Of a stretch of DNA of 64,000 bases, positions 13,901-25,900 are shown one piece after another. Made by a program: the position numbers and the translations under genes. The first letter of the stretch is position 1. Every line of letters starts with the position of its first letter. Below the pieces are notes generated by a model. The model was given only the letters and a program-made list of their open reading frames with translations. It did not search any database and had not been told where the DNA came from. Origin of the DNA: Fimbriosthenelais zetlandica (taxonomy: Eukaryota); assembly GCA_977030845.1 (NCBI GenBank), contig OZ365109.1:57164001-57228000 (forward strand). Direction: 5' to 3'.

Positions 13901-16900
13901 TCCCGGGGTTTCATAGATATATAGAAGGATTAGCTGGAAAAGATAGTCAATGTACAGTCCTCACACATATCTAAATGTGCTTGGCTGGCAAGTCTGTGAC
14001 ATTCTATAGTTGCGGGCGGGGACAGGCCTGGCTATAACTATTAATCATTCATGAAGCACAATTTGAAAGGATGGGATAATAAATAATGTGCCAACATATT
14101 ACAGTGTATATATACCCCTCCACATACTGTAGCATTGCTCTTATTATATATGAATCTAACGAGGGATTTATGGAGCGCAATTGCAAGCGTGCAAAAAGGA
14201 TATCTTTTTGCTGAGTTAAGCATTCCATATTGATGATTCGTCTACATTTAGCTCGGGGATATAATTGAAAGGTTCTTTGAACAATAAATTCAGACCATTA
14301 TTTAGACGCATTTTTGCACCTAGTGATAAGACTCCTTATTGGTCATCCAGAAATAGCTGGTTAGATGTAATTCAATTGTGTAGGCTCACACTGTGTGTAT
14401 CTGTGATGTCGTGTTGGGGGAGGAGCTGGTATAGGGGATTTACTGTCGTGGGAAAGGTTACCAATGGAGGGCGATGGTGCTGCTGCTCGCAATGCTACAC
14501 TGCATGTCAGATGAGCATCGTCTGAGACGATTTTCTGATCGAAAATAATAGGATTGGCTTGGGCGGGAGCCTGGCTGCTGATCGGATCAGGTGTGGCGAC
14601 CTGTGTCCATTCTTCTGGTGACCACTGACGATGCTAATACAATCCAATGTGGCCTGTCTCGGCTGGACAGGGAATGGATTGCAGTGCCACGGGCGGAAGG
14701 CCTTCCTATGACAGATTGTTCTGGAACGACATGTCCTTACATCTGGGCATCAGATTCATGATATGTAAACGCTTGCCTGTTTACTAGAAGCCTCCAGATA
14801 TAGAGGCATTGATCCGGAGTCCCATATAATGTTATTTAATATTATTTTACGGTGCTTCAGGTCGGCCATTGGAAAATTGATATATTAGCCAACCTTGTTC
14901 TTAGTCTACATTGTTTTCTTACTCGAAACATTGCCATGGCCATTAACTTTGTTTTATACCAATCCCGTTTCTTGTTCCCTTGGCTTATTACCGCTTGAAA
15001 ATATATAACCCTTGCAATGGGCTTTAAGAGCATGAAACTTTTTGTGGAAAATTAAATGGAACAATTTACCTTGGTTATAAGCACGGTTGATTGCGATATG
15101 AATTATCACCTGGGAAGACGCATGGTATTTTCTTTAGTAGATTATTTTATATAACAGGTAAAAAGCAGCAAGTCTTTTCTTGGCTAATACCCTTTTCTTT
15201 ATTTGCCTTTGCGCAAATCCAGAGCCTAACATCATGAAGAAAGAGGTACTAGAAAATAGCCCATGCGGATGTCAGACCAGATTTGTCAGTCTCCTCTATA
15301 CCTGCAATTTTCGTCCTCCTGGTTAATATCCGTCTTAAAGAACTATGTGTGTGGAGAAGGAGCCCGAGCAGACCCAGTCACAGAGCATGTTAAAATAAGC
15401 CAGTCAGGATCCATAGCCCGCCCCTCGCCTCCCCCTTTCCCCCACTCCTAGCCCCTGGCCACCAGAAGGTACATCTCTCCAGGGTGCTATGCTGACTACC
15501 TGTACACCTTGAGCTCGGAGAGAGACACCTGTATATAGCCTGACATGTCCCCTGGTCGAGCAGCTTCACACTACAACCCACACCACCCTGTGCTAAAGAC
15601 AACTATTCATATGTAGTGCTTCTTCCAGAGGCCAAGCACAACCACATATATATGTAGGGCCTACATCTTATTCTGACTCAAAAATAAAATGTCTCCCAGG
15701 TACTATCATTAATATCGTTAAGTAATCATCCAGGTAATGTAGATTTTTTTTTCTCAATAGAACACTGTGGTATACTTGGAATATTGGTTTGAGTGCTAAA
15801 GCAAAGCATCAGTAGGTGGTGTCAAATATCTCGCTGTAAACTCAATGAAGGAGCCCTCGCATATCTCAAGCTTGCGTTTCACTGCACGTAGGTTTGTTAA
15901 AAGATGGGGTTTCTATTGATTTCCATTTCTCATTTTAGAGCTTGAAGCACTGGGGGATGGGTCTGTAACGTGTGAAAGGAGGGTAATGTGGAAGGGGAGA
16001 GAAGGTGTTAAATAAGGCAGCGCCTCCAGATCCACAATGGTAAAGGTGGAAGGAAAAAGAAGCTGCGGGCTGGAAATTGATACTCTTTTTTGTACATGCC
16101 TGAGATTTTCGCTCTAGCCTGGATGATTGGAAGGTGAGCAAAGTTTCAGGTGTGTGTAACTAGAGTGACGTCATCAGCAGCTCGTCTTCAAAAGAGGAAG
16201 AAATAGAAGCACGCGTCCCTGGAAGAAAAATTTAATTTCCATATGACATTGTAGATTGATTAAAAATGAAATCCATATCATCATTCAACACCTAATTGGA
16301 AATGTAATTGTTCTTGGGCAAAAAATCATTGCATGCGTTCTTTGTGGAATTTTTTCACCCTGGAAAATGTCAGTTTCTTTAATACCTGTATATTTATGGA
16401 CGGTGGCTTTAAAGACACTCAAGTGGGGAAGCTGCTCCCTCAAGATATGCATGTAGGGATGTACACCACCCTTTCTGGAATGGATTTTTCGAAGTAGTTA
16501 TTCGATACGTTTCACCACCCTGAGCATGTGTGACAGCGATGATGGAATGGCTATTTCATGGAGAAACGTGGCGGGAGCTGATTTGACACGGGTCTGAAGG
16601 CAGCAATGGTGGCACTAGGCCTTCTTTAACCCACCCTCCTACTGTTATTCACGACGTGCCACACATGTGGCTCGGATCGATGTCTTAGATAATTAGAATG
16701 GAAGTCCCTGAGGATTGTTGACACCCAGATCTTTTAACCAGGTGATTTCCCAGTGGTGGCCAGAGCTAGATTCACATTGATTTCTCTAACAACAGCCAGC
16801 TTCACCTCAATATCATTGTTGGAATTAATACTACTCTCAGTCAACATATAGACCTATAACAATAATGCTTATCACTCCCTCCATCCATATATGTCCCTTG

Positions 16901-19900
16901 AAATGAACCCAGTCCTCCCCAGCGAATCCCGCACCTTGAGTATATCCCTGATATATTGCACACAGAATGCCAATTGCAGAGGGATGTGCCAAGCAATACT
17001 CTGTTATCTCCAAAAAAATATCCCCCAATTAGAAGAAACGGGAGAAGCAAGAGTGCGTAGCAATTGTTAAAGCCTCAGGTTCCTTGATTCAATGCCGTCT
17101 CCTAGTATCTTTAGGCCAAGGGACACAAGTCTCAAATACCATTGCCTCGGCCTTGTTAACGAGGATCTTCAAGTAATTGGATACCAGAAAATAGGTTAAT
17201 GCACCTGTGTATATTGATGTCTCTTTGATGCTAAACATATTTATTATAGATGGACCTGGGGCCCTAATGACGGCTGAGAAAATATGCCACCGAATGGTGG
17301 AATGTCCTTTTGCATCATTTATAAAGATCCAAAATACTGGGGTCCATTATAATCTTGTGATGAGAAGATGTCTATGCTTGTGGCATGATGAAAGTTGCTT
17401 GCCAAGCCATTTATACGAAAAGGATACAGATAAAGATCGCTAAAGGGCGATAAATATTTTTTATATGTGCTGCTTAAACATACTATGCAGTATTGTAATG
17501 AAATACTTTATGTAGTTATTGCTATATAGAAATAAAAAGGTTACTTTCAATCATCGAGGTGTCTTTCTAGTACCTATTTAACTTCTAATAATATAAAGTT
17601 TCTTAAATATAATTTAATTTTTCGGTAGTGTGTTAGTTTGACATTACCGAAAATATTGAGTGTAGATACGAATATCATAAGTTAACGGGCCACAAGGACT
17701 ACTAGAACATCATCAAAGCAATGTATGTAAAATCTTAAAAGCTACAATGAGAGCTAAGTGAGAAGAATAAAATTCATCTACAGTCTGGGTTTCCCTCCGG
17801 AGATTGAGTCATTATCGTGTTGTTTTGCCGTGACCTATTCTTTAAAGCTTATTAAAATATCTGTAGGCGCCACTACACGGATCCTTGATGCATTCTTAAA
17901 ACTCCATGTTTTTAATCTGTCCAGTTCATTTAATTGACCTTTAAACCACAGGATTGTTGTGAATGGGTTAACCACTTTAAGAAACATGATCTTTGCATCT
18001 TTAAAGTCATAAACTTACGTAATTGCGGTCTCGTCATGGTCGCCTCTTCAGGGGAGGTTTCATTCCGCAGTGAATGGCTTCCATGGTGCTGATTCGTTTA
18101 TCAGTACGACTGTGGACCATCACAACCAATCAGCTTCTTGCAAAGCGCGTGGCTATTGGATTAATAAAACTGTCATCGCTGGACCGCTATGTTGGTCACC
18201 GAGTAGGCCTAGTGTACGCATGCGCCACCAGGGTTGAGCTGTCTATGGTTCTGATTGGATCGATCGGCTCTGACGTAATGTCAAACTGTCAGCTTGGGTC
18301 GTCCAAAGGTCGTCCTAGCTTCGATAAAGTGTTCTCCACAAGGACGCTTGAATTCTTGAAACTCTGTATGGTGGTACTGAAGTGCAGCTGTTAACGGGGA
18401 GAAAATTGAATGTACAAGTTACTGATTTATTGACTGAAGGGGAAGTGATTCCAAAGTGAAGTCTTGGCTAAAGGAAGGACGGTGTGGATTGGCCAGGGTC
18501 CAAATGTGCTATAGAAAGGCTATGTCTGGTGGAAACAAGGTAAAGATGCTACATTGGTCAGGCAAAGAAACCTGCTAATGCTAGTCCTCGCCAAGATTTC
18601 GCAAAGGGGGAAAAACAGGACCATTTCACTGACACAAGTACAAGTAAATAGATTTTTAATCAACTCTTCCCTGACCTGCGAGGTCACATTCAAATGCCTA
18701 TCACAGTTGAAGCGAGCTGAATATGTCCCGATCGTATTCCATCGTAATCCAATAGATGTCTCATTCATCAAAATTCTCAAACCCACTCTGAGTGGGCATT
18801 ACACGGGGCTGTATTACATGTTTTCAATTTATGGCATACATTTTATGGATCAGTTGGCTGGACCTGACGTGTTTAAGGTCTCATCTGTGGAGGTTGGGGC
18901 TGGTGGAGCAGGGGGACTGTCTGCCGGCAATCTAACAGGTGCTGGTCAGGGGGTTATATCCTCTGTCAGATGATATGCCCACAAGGCTATGAATCATTCA
19001 GGCTAGCCCGCATTGTCGATGCCATCCATGTGTCACGATGATCTTGCCTGCCCCCGTATCTGACAGCCGGGCTCTGGCCACCGACCCTCCATCTAGTAAT
19101 AGTAATGGATATTCTTGCACATTCTCCCCCAATTTGCATCTGTACCATGTGACCTGGTCTCAAACCCGATTACGCGGCCTTCTGCAACGTAATTATGGCC
19201 AGTGTCGCTTCTTATTTCATTATGCAAATGCGATCACTCTGAGGCCGTGTTCCAGAGGCCAGCGAGTCATTCGCTGCGGTGCTGTAATGAGGTTACAATG
19301 GCCAATCGGATTGCTGCTCAGCGTTGTCCCGACAACCACTTGGCGTCCATGCTGTGGGGTGGCTTCCGCTATGTTGGGGGGAGCTGACCATTCTCTGTTC
19401 TGATGTCCATCCCTTGATCACCCCTCTGATCAATAAGTCCTATGTCCATCATCAGTTCTGGAAAAGCACCAATGGTCCTCTCCAAGCTCACTTTGACAAG
19501 GTCTAGGAAATTAAATGAAAGCTGTCATTTTTCGGGGGAGTGGCTTCCTGCTTTTGATATGTACTATGAATGACTGTCAGTTTGCCATGGATTTGACTTG
19601 TCAACCAGTAACAAGACAATGTTGGCTACTGCCAAGCAAACGTGCCGGCTTATTCATGATCTTAAATTAGGTGGAATATCTCGGTATTCACAGCTATGAA
19701 AACTTGGGACTGGTTTCGATTATCGACTATTTACTTCTAATTGAAAGGGAACTTCCACATTGAATGCCCTGAGTGAGCGTCCCTGCTGCAATGACATTCC
19801 TTCATATACTATATATGTGATGGGACATCTCAGGGACTCGCGTGTTTACATACAGTGTTATCATCCCTGACAGATTCTTTCAGCTGAGAGAATATACTGC

Positions 19901-22900
19901 TGTCCATTATCTCTTAAGATTTCCCATTTACTTTGATGATATTCCTACAACCATTGTACATAATGTTTCAAGCTTGATTATCATTTTGATTCGCAGACCA
20001 AATGAGGTGCCAACTCCCACGCAATACCAATTCAAGAAGGTGTTTCCAGCTGATGCACAGAGGCTGAGCTTTTCCCTACCACCGCATTCTCTCAATGGTG
20101 AGTACCTTTCCCATTCAGACCTCTTACTGTGCATGCGAAAGCTTACCTGATTTTGTATTAGTGCAGCGTTTCATGTTAACATATTCAGAGGAGGATCTCG
20201 TTTAGGTACGATTAAGCCAAAGCCCCTGTGGGATGTAGTCATGTTTGGTTCTTTTTTTCAATTTGATTTCAATGCAAAGCAGGCAGGATTCTATGGGGAT
20301 AAGTGGAGTAGACTTTGGAGGCCACTGGGTGGGCTCGGGGAAGCAGGCAACCATTTTGTGTGTCGGACATAGCATGATGAGTTCCCATTGACCGGCCCTT
20401 CCATGCCCTCCTGTGGGGCCCGAATATGCATGGTGGGAACCCATAGATCGAACGGTTCCAATGGTAATGGGGAAATGTCTGGAAAGCGGGGAGAATGCTC
20501 CAGGGATATTATGGGGCATTGGAGTAATTACATTGCCAATGGTCTTGTATTCACTCTGATATCCCCTTGTTATTCTGCATTGGTTCCATTGAGGCACTGC
20601 ACCAAGTTGTATATGGGAGTCCCACCAAGGGAATTCCCTCTTCAAGATGCCTCATTTTCTGATTTATTCTTTCCCCTTCCATTGATGCAATTACTAATGG
20701 TCCATTGGCCAATGGCACGCAGGCTAGTCCCTGTCATTTCCTTGGATTATTGAACCTGTTTGATGCTACAGGTTTTTTATTCCTGTGAGATATGAAGTGG
20801 ATACATCATAGTCATAAACTAATCCTCAATATGCACACCCCTGTGATCTCACTGATACTATCCTTACTTGCCGGGGAAGCTAAAAACATTCCCAAGACCC
20901 CAGCTTTCCCTCTGTAAAGTCTCCGCCTCATTGTCCCGCTCTTTCATCATATACTTATTTATCCTTTATTTAATCGATCCATCCCACATCATCCCATCCA
21001 TCCATCAATCTATCTCATCCTATCCATCCATCCCATCTATCCCGTCATCCAACAGTCCATCCATCCCTTCCATCCATTATGTTTATATATCTCTCTGCTC
21101 ATATGTATCTATAATATGCTTACATCTGACCATCTGGTTAACTTAATTAACCATTATACCTGTCTGGAGTTGAAATTAAATTGAGCCACTGACTCATGTC
21201 TGTCTGCCTGAATCAGCTTTTATATTGTATTTATTTAATTTATATTTTGGACCCTGCTTTAGATTTTATCTTTGTTAAGGGGCCTGTTTAAGTAGCCTGA
21301 TTAAGGGCCCTTTACGCAGACTATGCAGCTGGACTCGCCCTGTGGAGTATCATATAGACATATCAAGTCCTTTATATTTCTGCGGGAGCGGTCGTGTTAA
21401 AGTTGCATAAGGATTTCTAGAAGCTTGACCAATCAGAGGACAGGTTTTAGGTCAACACTTCAACGGACGTGTCTGCTTCCATGAAACCTGTGTGAAGGGC
21501 CCTTTATTCTACGTGCTAGTGCAGTTCATCTTGCTCCTGAAGGGTCTAAGGTTTATAATTAAGCCCAGGTTCCCTTCATATTTTCCAACAAGTGCCTGTA
21601 TGGGTGTTAGTGTCTAATAGAGAAACACCCAACCCCTATGATGAGAGGGTGAGCATGTGAGATAAGAGTATATTTGCTATCAGGATCAGACCTTATCATC
21701 TCCTATAGCCCGCGTCTTTTAGACTCTTTCCTATCCACTGCCCAAGGCATGATGCTGGCTAGAAAGGAGCATTAAGTTGTACCTTTGCTTCCACATATTC
21801 CTCCTCCTCCTCGCTATACCTAACCCAACACACATCATCTAATATTACATCTATGGGAAAGTATTTTCTCTGCATTTTACGATTTTTTTATTGACGTAAA
21901 TTCATCGGAAGTGATGGTGGCCGTGACCTACAATCGATTGCCAAAAATGTGTCAATTTTTTTTTCTTATATTTCAAGGCCATATTTCTGATCCATTGCAC
22001 TTAATTCTGTGCGTTAAATTCATTTCTCATAATGATAGCATTTTTTAATGCGAAAATATTTTTAATATAGCTTTGTGTGTCTGAACTCTATTTCTTTGTG
22101 ACATTTTATCTCCGGGGTAATTATGGCCGGGACCACTGCTGCTCGCTTTTGAATGAACCCTGCAATAGAATTTATGAGAAAAGATATAAAAATCCATATT
22201 TGACTGAGAGAAGAGCACGATTTATGAAAGCCAATGACAGGGATTCCATTTGTTCAAGGCCAGGCGTTTTCGGCGTGATGTCTTACTTAGCCCTTAAGCC
22301 TACGCGTGTTAAACATGTCTCGCCTTCCCAAAGCCTAGCCTGGCACTCTGAGCCTGCAAAGAGATTATTCATTTTGTCTTCAAGCTAGATCCTGACTGGT
22401 GTCATTCCCCACTCTATTACAGAAAGCATCACCTATTACCTCGGGGTTGTGGACGTCAATTTCAATGCGGATCGTCCCAGGCCTGGGGAGGTGCGGGAGC
22501 GGCGGTACTCGCTGAGAATATGGAAGGGCGAGTGTGTCTTCTGGGATGAAGAGAATGATGCCTGGTCGAGCAAGGGATGCAAGACATCCCTCTCCTCCAC
22601 CTACACTACTACCAACTGCAAGTAGGTTCAACTTTTAAATATTTCTTCATGACACTTCCATTCACTCCTTCACCCTGTTTTTCATTATGGGTCAATGTAT
22701 AAGATATATTCAATATGTATTGAATCTTTCTGCCTGCCAATATCATGACGGGCATTTGCAATCGGATGAGAAATGGCTATAAAATGTCCCTCTGGCGCTT
22801 TAAGTGTTAAGAGATAAAGGTTCCGCGTCCACCAACATTGATTTTCTCCAGATTTAGTTTTATATTGCGAGTCTGGGAGGATTTCTTTCTGTCGCTGTTT

Positions 22901-25900
22901 CTGTTCATTAATGGGAAAGAAAAATATGACTGCTTATTTTCAAAGTGGATGGACCAATTCCTGATGTCTGATAATTGCTTCTCATGACGAGGGAGTAAAA
23001 ATGTCCATTCATTCCATGTTGGAATCCTTCATTGTTAATATAAATAAAGCCCTTTTGATGGCGTTCACCAAGGGGGACGACGCCAATATTGAGCGCAGAG
23101 GCACATGTTGCACTGGGAACCAAGGCCAGAAGTAGTGCTCAGCGAGAGAGAATAAGTTTGTTGTTGATGTTGGCATGAGGGAGTGACGCTGGTGACCTTT
23201 GAGGTTTACCCTGCACCGTTTGAGGGTTGAGTCAATGAATTATGAACTCTGCCGCAGACCCGCCTACTTATCCCCTTCCCAGATTCTTTTTAACCATCAT
23301 ACTTCACAGAAGACGGACTTTCCTTGTAGTGAAGGGAAGAAAATTACTCAAGTTGGTCCTCCATTGATGTTTCACCCCACTTTGTTATATCCGCCTTTTT
23401 CACGTGTCAATGAAAGCTTTGTCCCCCATGCTCGCCTCTTGCTCTGAGACTCGGGAGCTTCTTTTCTCGATGAAAACAGTTCCAGCTCTCTCCAGTCCCC
23501 ACCCTCCTTTCACGTGGAGTATGGGAAAGTGTGCCAGATGCACCCAAAGAAGTGTTACGCCTCCCATCAGAGTGTGATTGGGTTAGAAACACTTTAAATA
23601 TAAGACCAAGGGCCACGTTTGGCGAGAAAGGAACAAATTTCATTGCAGGGGGAAAGCATTCTGAGAAGTTTTCTCTGACTGGTGTCTCTCAAGGAAAATG
23701 TCATTAGCTTTGAAGGGGCAGAAGAGATGGAAGCTGTTTGTAACATCTGAGGACAGCCTCAGTCCCACGACATGTCTCCTCCACAGATCATAGGGGAGAA
23801 CATCTGTGACCCAGCGTCCCCGTTGCCATGGTGACAACATATCCTTGTGGAGCTGTTTGTCCATCAGCCATTACCAAGGTAACTAGAATCATGGTAATTG
23901 ACACTTGGGCACAGACGGTCAGCATCCAACATCACGCCTCCAGCTAATGTAGCCTTCCCCTCATACCCACCCCAAACCCAAGGCTTCCTCCAAGGTCCCT
24001 ACTTCCAACCTTCGCTCTTTCCAAAGTATTCTTACCAAGATGCCTTTTTCAGAATAAATTTTGCCAATCATTCATTGGTTTCAGTTGGGTGATTCCTAAT
24101 TCCAAGAAAGTAATGAATTTGAGTCATGTGACAGTGAATCTGTGACAGTCAGATGATATGCCCCTCCAATGTTTTCGGTTCTTTTTCGGGAGGATTGACT
24201 TCTTTCATGGAGCGTGCATAAATGTGTTTGATGTAAATATTTTGGTAGCAGCCTGGGGGACCTGAGAGGCTTTGGTATGAAAGTGATCCACACTGATTTT
24301 CCTATCGGAAATGGCCACAGTGAAATGCATTTCTTGGTGTCGCCTCTTTAAGGGCCCTGGAGGCGTCCATCAATTCATAGAGGCTTCCCTCTTTAAATGG
24401 CTTCGTGATAAAATGGTGGGTTTTTAGAGGAGGGACATGTTGTTCTACACTGAAGCCATTTTTACCCTTCATGCCTACCCCCAAAGCTTTCACGATTAAT
24501 AGCAAGTCTTTGATCATAGAATATGCTGAGTCGTGCCGGAATACAGGGGATGCATATGTGACAGAGATGGCAAGGGAAAAGTGAGTGCAAAGGTCTCTAA
24601 TATCTCCTGGACTTCCTGATAGGCTGGCTTCACCATGGCTCATCACACATCTGCCTGTAGCCATGGAAGCCAACGCATTAACCTGATATCTCTTACAGGT
24701 CCATTGATCTTATCCTTAATTGATTTCCATTCCAAAATTAGGCCCAGCTTTCCCATTCCCAGGTTTAAGAAAGAAGGGTTCCCATAAGTTAGAAGATATA
24801 TACTCGGTGTATTTTCACTATGTTAGGGCTAATTGATCGAAGCCGCATTGTGAGAACCATTTCCCTATACTACTGGCTGCGTGTCCCATAACTGTACATT
24901 ATTGTACTTGCCCTGATTGATAGTCGTAGCTCGTGCCTGTTTTGAGGAGCAACAGTTATTCGCCAACTATGTACTCTTTCTCGAGTAATATATGTTGTAA
25001 TATTCTGAAATTACCCTGAAAGGGAATATTTGTTATAAAGGATTGTGTCTAGACACGTGATAATATAAGTTCAATATGATATGCCAGGGGATGGGAAATG
25101 TAAGGCACCTTATAGTGAGTGATGAGCTGATCCCATTTGTCTCCTGATGCTTGCGTCTCTAAGCTTTGATCCCACAACAAGGCCATGTATGGACTGAACA
25201 CAAGTATGATCAAAGTCCGGCCCTCCCAGGCCCTCAGCCCTGCCACCAATGGCGGGCAACAGAACGCTCAAAGCTCACCATCCAAAACCCCATTTTCAGA
25301 TATAAATAGGCTGAGAGCTGGAAGGCGTGGCGATCGTGATCAATTTAAAAGGCTTGCTACATTTCTGCCTTCAAGCAAAGCGCCGGGTCATAAGAGGAAA
25401 AGTACTGTGTATTATTTCTCTAGTGTTCAAGCCCAGTTGCATGTATCGAAAGTGACACAAGTCAAACTTTCCGTCTCTATCCATCTTTTTGCGGTCATTG
25501 ACTGTGAAATCACCGTTCATTCTTGATTTGAGCCAAACATTTCCATTGGAAACGATACATTTTTGTGCAAATTAGAAATGCCACCCCATAGACCTGTATC
25601 GTCTGTAAAATTGAAAAGGCATTTCATTTCATCGTATTTTACAGATTAATCTGATATAAATTTTAACCTGGATTTGACAGAAACTAATTTATGTGCTGCT
25701 GGGAAGGTTTTGTATGAGAAATAAGCTGCCTATTTTCACAGTGAATTCCTTTAATGTACCTTCCATTGCTGCGGTGTGCTTACATTGGGATGTCACGCGA
25801 TCCGATGATAAGACTGACGAGTATTGTAGTGCATTGAATACAGGAACAAATCATATGGCCGCCCCATACCTTGTAAAGCATATAACTCATATTATTATTT

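Noticed and set aside
15761-15811. Pseudo-exon encoding a YTW motif with plausible splice sites
   Set aside because: It has no other similarity to the GAIN region, and the model is complete without it.
18554-19403. 139-aa and 121-aa plus-strand ORFs
   Set aside because: No start context, homology or usable splice phases; they overlap LINE-like remnants on the other strand.
22389-22422. Longer 5' boundary for the GPS exon (after caagctag)
   Set aside because: It would need a phase-0 upstream exon. The 19997-20097 exon ends in phase 1 and joins cleanly at 22423.
23000-24700. Coding-like decayed stretch with several short minus-strand ORFs
   Set aside because: Probably an old transposon, but no diagnostic motif could be read, so it is not annotated.
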